The position numbers and the translations under genes are program-made. From an uncultured virus (IMG/VR IMGVR_UViG_3300036945_000909) (taxonomy: Duplodnaviria > Heunggongvirae > Uroviricota > Caudoviricetes), in the IMG/VR virus record IMGVR_UViG_3300036945_000909: 20,000 nucleotides of DNA. One strand, written 5' to 3'. Below, one piece after another: positions 9,363 through 17,361 of this stretch. The notes beneath the pieces were generated by a model. The model was not told the DNA's origin. It searched no databases and was given only the letters and a program-made list of their open reading frames with translations. Position 1 is the stretch's first letter, and the number at the start of each line of letters is the position of its first letter.

Positions 9363-10232
9363 ATGAAAAAAATAAAACATTCAAAATTTAAGAATACGGG
9401 TTTTCTATTCGAACTATTAACTCGTCAAATAACTTTGGAAATTTTAAATAATTCCCCGGAGAAGGCAAAAAACATCGTATCTGAATTTTTTGGCAATGGA
9501 ACAGAATTGGCTAAAGAACTTCGTTTATTTAATTTATTAATAAATGAAAAATATAATTCTGAAACTAAAGCAGAAAAATTTATTGATGCTATCTTAGATG
9601 CTAGAACAAAGTTAGATGAGCAAAAATTGGCTAAACAAAAATATAGTTTAGTTAAATCGATAAAAGAAAATTTTGAAATAGATTCATTCTTATCATCACC
9701 AGTAACGAATTACAAAGTTCTTGCATCAATTCATAAATTATTTGAGGCAAAAGCAACAAATGTATTGGATGTAAAAGATGTATTCGATTCTAAACTTACA
9801 TTAGTAGAACACGTATCTACATCAACTCCATCTTTGAAACAAAAAGAAGATAAATTAGTTGAAGATTATAAGAAACAAGAAAAAGATTTAAGATTACTTA
9901 CTTATAAGATTCTGGTTGAAACCTTTAATAAAAAATATTCAAATCTAAATGATTCTCAAAAATTATTATTAAGAGAATACATTAATAACGTAACCAATAC
10001 TTCTAAATTTGGTGAATATTATTCCAACGAATTAAAAAATGTTGTAACTGAATTACATTCCATTTATACAACAATGGATGATAAGATTACAAAGATAAAA
10101 TTAAAAGAAACTATTAACGTCTTAAAGAATCAAAAGTTTGGTAAAAAAATTACCGATGAACAAGTTTCTGCGTTAATGATGGGATTTGAACTTATAAAGG
10201 AAATAAAAAATGTTAAAAGCCGAATCTCTTAA
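9363..10232 (+). CDS. Hypothetical helical protein in the head gene cluster
   Basis: Long ORF (KKIKHSKFKNTGFLFELL...). ATG 9363 is preferred over TTG 9354 because AGGA at 9349-9352 is suitably spaced for it. Confidence 0.75.
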   Translation: MKKIKHSKFKNTGFLFELLTRQITLEILNNSPEKAKNIVSEFFGNGTELAKELRLFNLLINEKYNSETKAEKFIDAILDARTKLDEQKLAKQKYSLVKSIKENFEIDSFLSSPVTNYKVLASIHKLFEAKATNVLDVKDVFDSKLTLVEHVSTSTPSLKQKEDKLVEDYKKQEKDLRLLTYKILVETFNKKYSNLNDSQKLLLREYINNVTNTSKFGEYYSNELKNVVTELHSIYTTMDDKITKIKLKETINVLKNQKFGKKITDEQVSALMMGFELIKEIKNVKSRIS

Positions 10233-11493
10233 AAAATATATTGATGAAGTAATTGCAGAAATCGAACAAGAATTAGATGAAGCAACTGCTACCGGTGATA
10301 TTGCAGGATACGAAACTCCAAATGCGTTTTCTGATGGAAGTGATGCAACAAAAAGACGTAAAAAGAAAATTGCAACTCAATTGGGTATGCAGTTAGTTGG
10401 TAAAGTTGAATCAGTAAATGAAGCATCTACAACATTTGTATCTGGTAATTCTGGTAGAACTATAACTCATTTAGATAATAAAAAATATCAATTAACGAAA
10501 GATGTAAAGGGTGCTCAAATTGGAAACTATCATAGTGTAGTTTTACCAAAAGGAAGCATTATACATAATCTACCAGGTGGTGTATTTGTTTCACACCCAT
10601 CGTTAAAAGATAAATTTTCGGGTATTAAAGAAACTCCAAACTTTGGTTTTAGAGTGACTACTCACCCTGATACTATATTAACTATTGAAAAATCTTCAAA
10701 AATATTAGAATCGATAAGTGAAATGGTGATTACCGAAAAACAATTCAAAGGTTTGGATGGGATTCCAGCAACTACTTCATTAGCAAAAATAACCAAAGAC
10801 CAAAAATTAAAAATAATCAAAGGTGTTGGTAATATAATTGATTTTATTGTTCCCAAAGGAGTAAGTAGAAACTTTTGGCAAGTAATTGGAACTGGCAAAG
10901 TAAAGAAAAACTTATCCGGTGAATATTACTTAGAAGGTAAAATAATCAATTCACCTATGTTCAAATCTATGGATGATTTAATAAATGGTATAAAATGGGA
11001 TTCGATGGAAGATAGAAGACGATTTAACGAATCAATTAATGAATATAACTTAAACGATATTATCAAACAGGTTAAAACTTATGAAAAACCAAAAGATGCA
11101 AAACTTTTGACAATCAAAGTAATAAATAAACTTAAAGATACTAGAAATAAATCAAATTCATCTAAAAAAATCGAAATTCAAAAAATAATTGATACTATTG
11201 AGGGTGATTACAACAAAGGTAAGTATCTTAAATTGGAATCAATTAATGAAAATCGTTGGTTAGAATTAAAAAATGATGATTCTATGCATGCTAATAAAAA
11301 ACTAGCAGTTGGTTTAAAAGAATTAAAAAATCAATTAAGTGAAGTTGAAAAGTTTTTCCGTTGGTATAATCAAATCAAAACAATGAATGAATTAGATTCA
11401 AATCAATATTGGAAAAGAACAAATTCACATATTTATAAGATAAAAGAACGTATAATCAACATAGCAAGAACATTGCAGGAGATAGAAAAATAA
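10210..11493 (+). CDS. Putative internal head polyprotein with cassettes bounded by ES[IV][NS]E linkers
   Basis: 427 aa; AGGA at 10198-10201; four ESVNE/ESISE/ESINE/ESINE linkers; overlaps the upstream gene by 23 bp. Confidence 0.7.
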   Translation: MLKAESLKKYIDEVIAEIEQELDEATATGDIAGYETPNAFSDGSDATKRRKKKIATQLGMQLVGKVESVNEASTTFVSGNSGRTITHLDNKKYQLTKDVKGAQIGNYHSVVLPKGSIIHNLPGGVFVSHPSLKDKFSGIKETPNFGFRVTTHPDTILTIEKSSKILESISEMVITEKQFKGLDGIPATTSLAKITKDQKLKIIKGVGNIIDFIVPKGVSRNFWQVIGTGKVKKNLSGEYYLEGKIINSPMFKSMDDLINGIKWDSMEDRRRFNESINEYNLNDIIKQVKTYEKPKDAKLLTIKVINKLKDTRNKSNSSKKIEIQKIIDTIEGDYNKGKYLKLESINENRWLELKNDDSMHANKKLAVGLKELKNQLSEVEKFFRWYNQIKTMNELDSNQYWKRTNSHIYKIKERIINIARTLQEIEK

Positions 11494-11966
11494 TGAAAAT
11501 CACAAAAGAACAATTTAAGAAAATCGTTAGAGAGGTTTTAACCGAAGAAAACGAATACCAAGCATTCTTTCAGAAAGCATTAGATAAAGCTGGAAAATCA
11601 ATTCCATCTATGTCTGATGAAGAAAAGAAAGCGTTTTTTGATAAAATCGATGCCGCATGGAATGGTAAAGGTGAGAAAAACGAAGAATTAGTTGGTGGCC
11701 AAAAAGAATTAGATGTTGATGGTGATGGTGATATTAGTGGTGACGATTTAGCAGATTTAAGAGCTGGTAAAAAAGCAGATGAATCTATAAATGAAGAAGA
11801 TATTAATTGGGGTGCAACCGAAAACGCAATCATTAACTTTCTAAAAGCAAATACAAAAATTTTAGATAAAAGAGTTAAAGATAGAGATACTGATGGTGTT
11901 AAAAAAGGATTACAATCAATTATTGATGGTTTAACTAATGCACAACGCAGTTTAAAATTAAAATAA
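11493..11966 (+). CDS. Putative head protein with EF-hand-like DxDxDG loop
   Basis: TAATG stop/start coupling; AGGAG at 11477-11481; DVDGDGDISGDD at 11712-11747; ESINE linker. Confidence 0.7.
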   Translation: MKITKEQFKKIVREVLTEENEYQAFFQKALDKAGKSIPSMSDEEKKAFFDKIDAAWNGKGEKNEELVGGQKELDVDGDGDISGDDLADLRAGKKADESINEEDINWGATENAIINFLKANTKILDKRVKDRDTDGVKKGLQSIIDGLTNAQRSLKLK

Positions 11967-11981
11967 TTATAAAGGATAGAT

Positions 11982-12575
11982 ATGAAATCATTATTAATAG
12001 AAACTAACCTATTTGAAGGTAAGGTAAATGAGGATGAAGGTGGAAGAACTCTTGTAAAGGGTATTCTACAACGTGCTGGTGCCGAAAATCAAAATGGTAG
12101 AGTATATCCGATGGAAATTTTAAGAAGAGAAGCACAGAAATATGAAACTCTTATTAAAGAAAGAAGAGCGTTAGGAGAATTAGACCATCCAGATTCATCT
12201 GTAATCAATTTAAAGAACGTTTCTCATAACATTAAGGAAATCCATTGGGAAGGTAATGATTTGTGTGGGACAGTTGAAATCTTACCAACTCCATCAGGCA
12301 ATATCTTAAAAGAATTATTAAGAGCAGGAATCCTTTTAGGAATTTCATCTCGTGGTATGGGTTCAGTATCACCAATGGGTGAGGGTAAAGTAAAAGTAGG
12401 TGAAGATTTTGAATTAATTGGTTGGGATTTCGTATCCAATCCATCTACACATGGTGCATTTATGACACCATTACAAGAATCTGTAAATAAACAATTACAA
12501 GAACAGGCAGTAGTATGTGGTGATTTCTGTAAGGCACAAGACCTTATGAGAGAAATTATTACTGAATTAGCATAA
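11982..12575 (+). CDS. Prohead core protease (T4 gp21-like)
   Basis: NQNGRVYP, ALGELDHP (His), LGISSRGMGS (Ser) and WDFVSNPST (Asp) motifs. Confidence 0.95.
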   Translation: MKSLLIETNLFEGKVNEDEGGRTLVKGILQRAGAENQNGRVYPMEILRREAQKYETLIKERRALGELDHPDSSVINLKNVSHNIKEIHWEGNDLCGTVEILPTPSGNILKELLRAGILLGISSRGMGSVSPMGEGKVKVGEDFELIGWDFVSNPSTHGAFMTPLQESVNKQLQEQAVVCGDFCKAQDLMREIITELA

Positions 12576-12586
12576 GGAATACACAT

Positions 12587-13027
12587 ATGGCATTCTCAAT
12601 ACAAGATTATTTAGAACATAATAAAATAGAATTAGGTAAAATCACCAAAGAAGTTGGTGATACTCCATATAAAGGTGGTCATAACGATATTCGTAAAACA
12701 AATTACGATGTTAAGATTAAAGAAGATGGTAAGTTGGATTTATATACTCATAAAAAAGTATTAACTGAATCTATATTAAACGAAGCATCTGAAGTATCAT
12801 TTAATGAATTAAAACCAGAACAACAAAAACAAATTAAAGCGTTCGAACAATTATTGGGTGGAAAAGTTAATTCTATATTTGATGGAATTCACGGATTTAT
12901 CGTAGATTTGAAGGTAAGTGGTGGACATGGTAATTATAGATTTGAAGCCGATGAAATGAAAAAGTTAATATCACTTAAAGTTCGTTGGGTTGAAGGTGAT
13001 AGAGATAATGTAAGTATTGGATTTTAA
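12587..13027 (+). CDS. Hypothetical protein: two modules joined by an LTESILNE linker
   Basis: 146-aa ORF; AGGA at 12575-12578. Confidence 0.7.
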   Translation: MAFSIQDYLEHNKIELGKITKEVGDTPYKGGHNDIRKTNYDVKIKEDGKLDLYTHKKVLTESILNEASEVSFNELKPEQQKQIKAFEQLLGGKVNSIFDGIHGFIVDLKVSGGHGNYRFEADEMKKLISLKVRWVEGDRDNVSIGF

Positions 13028-13044
13028 AAATAGGATTAATAAAA

Positions 13045-15288
13045 ATGATTAAATTAAGAAATTTACTTAACGAAGAAACTTTTACCGCAACAAATAAAAA
13101 GAGTGGTAAAACCTCAGTATTCAAATCAAAAGATAGTAGAGATGCTGCAATCAAAGCAGGAACTCATAATCCTATAAAAGATAAGGGAGATTCTAATTCT
13201 AAAGATAGTGAAACTCCAAAGGTAAATATCTTTGATAAACCATCAAATAAACCAAAATCAAAACCTAAAAAATCTAATAAATCAATTTCCCAAAGTGATA
13301 TAGATGATAATTTAGGAGATTCAGTAGAGTTTGATGATTATTTAGATAATAACGAAGATATATTTTCTAAAGATGATTTTAATGAATTAAAGTCATTAAA
13401 TAGTAATTGGCAACAATTGGAAGCAGATTCAGTCGAAGCAGAAATGGATGATGACTATGAGTTAATGGATGAAATAGATACTGACATAAATAATATAGTT
13501 GGTGATATAACAAATGTATTAGACAAATATTTAGATAAATCTAAAAAAACTCCAATATCAAAACCTAAAAATAAAAGAGGAGAGGGTGACCCCAAAGTAA
13601 ATGCTTTAGCTAATAAATTGGCTGAAAAAGCAGGATTTACTCTGAAAAAATTAGGTAAGGAAAAGTTTAGAGAAGTAATGCTTCAATCAGCAGTTAAGGC
13701 ATTAAAATTTAAATATCGTAGAGAAGCAAGAGAATTGGTAGCAGCACTTGAAGGGAAACCTGAATTTGCAAAAAGAGTAGATTACCCATATGGATTAGAC
13801 CCTAAGTATGATGAGAAAATGGACTATATAAAAAATAATACAGCAGATGGTTCAATTTATATGAACCCATCTGATGATGTTGATAGTTATAGTTTTAATG
13901 TTTTACAATCCTCTAAATATTTTGCTCCAGATGCAGTAGATGCAATTGCGAATACATTAAGAATAAATGGGTTTGATGCTGATGCAGATTTAGTCCAATC
14001 GGTTCTTAATCCTAACAATAAAGAAAAGAAAAACGAAAATAAAATTCAATCTACAAAATTAAAAAGTATAACAGAATCAATGAAATTAAGAAATTTACTT
14101 AACGAAGAAACTTTTACCGCAACAAATAAAAAGAGTGGTAAAACCTCAGTATTCAAATCAAAAGATAGTAGAGATGCTGCAATCAAAGCAGGAACTCACT
14201 CTGAAAAAGAAGATAATAAATCAGATAAATCAACTGGTACTGCTTCAAAAGTAAATATCTTTGATAAACCAACAACATCAGAACCAAAATCAAATACTCC
14301 AAAATTAAGTCCTAAAATGATTAAAATGGATTTGGATGATATGAAGGGAACATTATCAATGTCTGTTGCGTACGCAATTAAAAGAGGTGATAGAAACCCA
14401 AATGTTGCATTCGGTTTAGGTGATAATCAATATGATAATATATTAAAGAGATTAGCAAAAATTGGTGGTGCAAGTGAGCATGATATGAAATTTAGAACTG
14501 ATAATTATTCTACTGCTGAATTAGAAAAATGGGCAAAGGAACGATTAGATTTAGTTTTAACAGATGAACCTAAAGATGAACCAAGCGAACCTAAATCAAG
14601 AAAAGGTGTTCCTGCAGTAAATAAGGCAGTTAGACAACAAGCTCAAAAATTAGGAATTACTCCTGAGAAATTGGGTAAAGAAGAATATTTGAAAAAAATG
14701 GCTCAAGCAGCAGTTTCTGCACTTACTGATTCAAACTTTCACCCTGAAGCAAGACAATTGGTTGCTGATTTAGAAGGAAAACCAGAAATGGCAGAGAAAC
14801 CTGAGTATCCATCAATGAAAGACCCAAAATATAAAGAAAAGATGACAGTTCTTAATGCCAAATACGATTCTGTATATAATACACCTGATAAAGATGCAGA
14901 TGAATTGGGAACTTCAGCATCACAATCTGCTGAATGGAGTGGTGATACTGCAATCGATGCAATCGCGTTTGATTTGAGAATGAATGGTTTTCACAAAATG
15001 GCAGATAAGATACAATCGGTAATTAAAGAAGGTAAAGTTAGTAGAACTTCACTTACAAGAATAATGAACGAATCTGCAAGTAAAGAAGCAGTTGGTATAT
15101 CAGTATTTACTGGTACTCGTGCTGATGCAATTGATGCATTTATTCAAAAACATGAATTAGATGCAATGAAACTTTATAAAAGTATCAAATCAGCAAACTT
15201 AAAAGGTAGAATGGATTTCGTTACTGCATTAGTTGGTAAAGAAGGAAACAAATACCAACAAGCTATTATTAAAGCGTTTAGAAAATAG
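13045..15288 (+). CDS. Internally duplicated putative internal head protein
   Basis: 747 aa; two ~344-aa units, each starting KLRNLLNEETFTATNKKSGKTSVFKSKDSRDAAIKAGTH and containing an LGKE..EARxLVAxLEGKPE domain; AGGA at 13032-13035. Confidence 0.8.
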   Translation: MIKLRNLLNEETFTATNKKSGKTSVFKSKDSRDAAIKAGTHNPIKDKGDSNSKDSETPKVNIFDKPSNKPKSKPKKSNKSISQSDIDDNLGDSVEFDDYLDNNEDIFSKDDFNELKSLNSNWQQLEADSVEAEMDDDYELMDEIDTDINNIVGDITNVLDKYLDKSKKTPISKPKNKRGEGDPKVNALANKLAEKAGFTLKKLGKEKFREVMLQSAVKALKFKYRREARELVAALEGKPEFAKRVDYPYGLDPKYDEKMDYIKNNTADGSIYMNPSDDVDSYSFNVLQSSKYFAPDAVDAIANTLRINGFDADADLVQSVLNPNNKEKKNENKIQSTKLKSITESMKLRNLLNEETFTATNKKSGKTSVFKSKDSRDAAIKAGTHSEKEDNKSDKSTGTASKVNIFDKPTTSEPKSNTPKLSPKMIKMDLDDMKGTLSMSVAYAIKRGDRNPNVAFGLGDNQYDNILKRLAKIGGASEHDMKFRTDNYSTAELEKWAKERLDLVLTDEPKDEPSEPKSRKGVPAVNKAVRQQAQKLGITPEKLGKEEYLKKMAQAAVSALTDSNFHPEARQLVADLEGKPEMAEKPEYPSMKDPKYKEKMTVLNAKYDSVYNTPDKDADELGTSASQSAEWSGDTAIDAIAFDLRMNGFHKMADKIQSVIKEGKVSRTSLTRIMNESASKEAVGISVFTGTRADAIDAFIQKHELDAMKLYKSIKSANLKGRMDFVTALVGKEGNKYQQAIIKAFRK
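13051..13166 (+). repeat. 116-bp perfect direct repeat, copy 1
   Basis: Identical by inspection to 14083-14198 (AAATTAAGAAATTTACTT...GCAGGAACTCA). Confidence 0.95.
14083..14198 (+). repeat. 116-bp perfect direct repeat, copy 2
   Basis: Identical to 13051-13166; offset 1032 bp, in frame. Confidence 0.95.
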
Positions 15289-15296
15289 GAGAATCG

Positions 15297-15761
15297 ATGA
15301 TTAAATTATCACAAATATTAAAAGAAGGTGAAGAAAGACAACAAACTCAGATGTCATCTGAATTAAAGAAACATTTTTTAGAAATCGTATCTACATACAA
15401 CAAGTATCAAGAACAGATGGATAGGAAATCTGATTTAGCAACTATTGCTGAAACTTTAGGTGGAATTACCGAAGCAGCAAGAGCACTTGCTTTGAATGAA
15501 GGTGATGATTGGTTTGATAAAGTAACCATCAAACGTAATATGAATGAGTTAGAAAAATTGGGTAAAGAATTTGATAAATGTGCAATGGAAGCAAATTCAT
15601 TAGACCAAAGAATGGGTGGGTTATATGAAGATATGGGACACATTCTTTCTCGTTATTACAAGTTAGGTGAAATATCCGAAGAACAAATGAAAAATAGATT
15701 AGGTATTACAAATGAATCAGTAAAAACATCTAAAGGATGTGATATTTGTGATAAAAAATAA
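15297..15761 (+). CDS. Hypothetical helical protein with MIKLxxILKE leader
   Basis: 154 aa; AGGAG at 15287-15291; DWFDKVTIKRN..YEDMGHILSRYY. Confidence 0.75.
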   Translation: MIKLSQILKEGEERQQTQMSSELKKHFLEIVSTYNKYQEQMDRKSDLATIAETLGGITEAARALALNEGDDWFDKVTIKRNMNELEKLGKEFDKCAMEANSLDQRMGGLYEDMGHILSRYYKLGEISEEQMKNRLGITNESVKTSKGCDICDKK

Positions 15762-15767
15762 TTTATA

Positions 15768-15776
15768 TATATTTAT
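15768..15776 (+). promoter_or_regulatory. TATATTTAT putative late-promoter motif upstream of bS21
   Basis: Intergenic, about 30 nt upstream of the bS21 ATG. Confidence 0.5.
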
Positions 15777-15807
15777 ACAAAAGTTACAAACAATTTAAAT
15801 TAAATTA

Positions 15808-16071
15808 ATGAGCGGAATATCAAGATGCACAGTAGAAGTTCGTAATGGAGACATTACAAAGGCTTTGAAAATCTTTAAAAAGAAAGTTATGGAAAGTGGT
15901 CATCTCTTAGAATTAAGAGAACGTAAAGAATACGTTAAACCAACCACTAAACGAAGATTGGTCAAGCAAAAGGCAGTTAGAGAAGAACAAAAGAGAGTTA
16001 TTCTTGAGAAAATAGCCGATGGTGACCGAAAATTACGTTTTTATACAAAAAAACGTAAGAAAAAAGAATAA
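15808..16071 (+). CDS. rpsU: Phage-encoded 30S ribosomal protein bS21
   Basis: VEVRNGDITKALKIFKKKV..G.L.ELRERKEYVKPTTKRR..K..AVR matches the bS21 pattern; small and highly basic. Confidence 0.88.
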   Translation: MSGISRCTVEVRNGDITKALKIFKKKVMESGHLLELRERKEYVKPTTKRRLVKQKAVREEQKRVILEKIADGDRKLRFYTKKRKKKE

Positions 16072-16116
16072 AAAATGTAAAATTTATAGAAAAATATAGT
16101 TTTTTTATAAATTGTA

Positions 16117-16125
16117 TATATTTAT
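16117..16125 (+). promoter_or_regulatory. TATATTTAT putative late-promoter motif upstream of scaffold-capsid genes
   Basis: Intergenic; precedes a ~150-nt structured leader. Confidence 0.5.
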
Positions 16126-16133
16126 TATCAATT

Positions 16134-16245
16134 AACTCACTCTCAATGTGAGTTTTTATATTAAGTTGGTTAATGAATACCCTTCTATATAAGGTGTGAC
16201 CGAACAACCGACCTAACTTTAATCTATATTGGAATTCTCCTAATA
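16134..16245 (+). ncRNA. Candidate structured cis-regulatory leader of the scaffold/capsid mRNA
   Basis: Stems AACTCAC/GTGAGTT, GTTGGTT/AACCGAC enclosing CCTT/AAGG, and TATTGGA/TCCTAATA. Confidence 0.4.
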
Positions 16246-16276
16246 ATTTCACAGAACAACACAAGGAAGGTAAAAA

Positions 16277-17335
16277 ATGGCAAATTCAAAATTGTTAAAA
16301 GAAGCAATTGCTGATGCTAAGGCCGTTAGAGAAACTGCAATCGCTAATGCAAAAATCGCATTAGAAGAAGCATTCACTCCAAGATTACAATCTATCTTAT
16401 CTAAAAAACTTCAATCAGAGATGGAAGGTGAAGAAGAAGAAGCAGATGTAAACGAAGAGTATGGTGCTGAAGACACATCAGATGCTGATTCATCAGCAAT
16501 CGGTGATGGCGAAAACAAACAACCTGCAGCTGACGCTAATGACTCATCAGACATTGCACAAGGAAATCCTGATACTGACGTTGAAACTGCTCAAACAGGC
16601 GAAGAAGATGAAAACATCGAAGTAGTTGCTGAAGCAGAAGAAGACGAAATACCAGGTGAAACTCAATCTCGTATCGAAGAAGAAGACGAAGACGAATTGG
16701 ATTTAGAATCAATCATCAGAGAATTGGAAGACGAATTAGGTGGTGAAGAACCATCTGAAGAAGAACCATCTGAAGAAGAACCAGTTTACGAAGAAGAAGC
16801 TGAAGAAGAAGAAGCATCTGAAGAACCAGCAGTTGAAGAAGCTGAAGGTGAAGATGAAGAAATTGATTTAGATGAAATTTTACGTGAAATGGGATACGGA
16901 GATGATGAAGAAGCAGTTGAAGAAGGTGAAGATGAAGATGCAGCAGAAGCTATGGCAGCTAAAGATGCAGAATTAGAAGAAGCTTACAACGTAATCAAAT
17001 CTCTAAAATCAACAATCAACGAAGTTAATTTGTTAAATGCAAAATTATTGTACACAAACAAATTATTCCGTTCTTACGATTTAACTAATGAGCAAAAACA
17101 TAAAGTTGTTGAAACTTTAGATAGAACTCAAAACGTTAGAGAAGTAAAATTAGTGTTCTCTACTTTGGCAGAATCAATGAAAATTGGTGGAACTGCTAAA
17201 AAAGTAAAAGCACAAACAAAATTAACTGAATCATTTGCTTCTAAGCAAGTTGCTTCAACTGCACCGAAAAAAGAAATCATCGCAGAAAGTAACGGATTAG
17301 CAGATAGATTCAAGCAATTAGCAAATATCAAATAA
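16277..17335 (+). CDS. Prohead scaffold/core protein (functional analogue of T4 gp22)
   Basis: Very acidic low-complexity centre, coiled-coil ends, many [LIV]xE sites, immediately upstream of the major capsid gene; AAGGAAGGT at 16263-16271. Confidence 0.8.
   Translation: MANSKLLKEAIADAKAVRETAIANAKIALEEAFTPRLQSILSKKLQSEMEGEEEEADVNEEYGAEDTSDADSSAIGDGENKQPAADANDSSDIAQGNPDTDVETAQTGEEDENIEVVAEAEEDEIPGETQSRIEEEDEDELDLESIIRELEDELGGEEPSEEEPSEEEPVYEEEAEEEEASEEPAVEEAEGEDEEIDLDEILREMGYGDDEEAVEEGEDEDAAEAMAAKDAELEEAYNVIKSLKSTINEVNLLNAKLLYTNKLFRSYDLTNEQKHKVVETLDRTQNVREVKLVFSTLAESMKIGGTAKKVKAQTKLTESFASKQVASTAPKKEIIAESNGLADRFKQLANIK
16745..16783 (+). repeat. 15-bp tandem repeat (GAAGAACCATCTGAA, ~2.6 copies) encoding EEPSE
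   Basis: Read directly from the sequence within the scaffold gene. Confidence 0.85.
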
Positions 17336-17361
17336 CAAAACAAACATTAGGAGAAAATAAA

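Noticed and set aside
13051..14198. CRISPR array or diversity-generating retroelement TR/VR pair
   Set aside because: Only two copies, in frame and coding, with no adenine-specific mismatches and no reverse transcriptase or cas gene in the window.
16165..16212. Hammerhead ribozyme (TTAATGA...CCGAAC loosely resembles CUGAUGA...CGAAAC)
   Set aside because: Core catalytic nucleotides do not match, and no stem III or cleavage triplet is evident.
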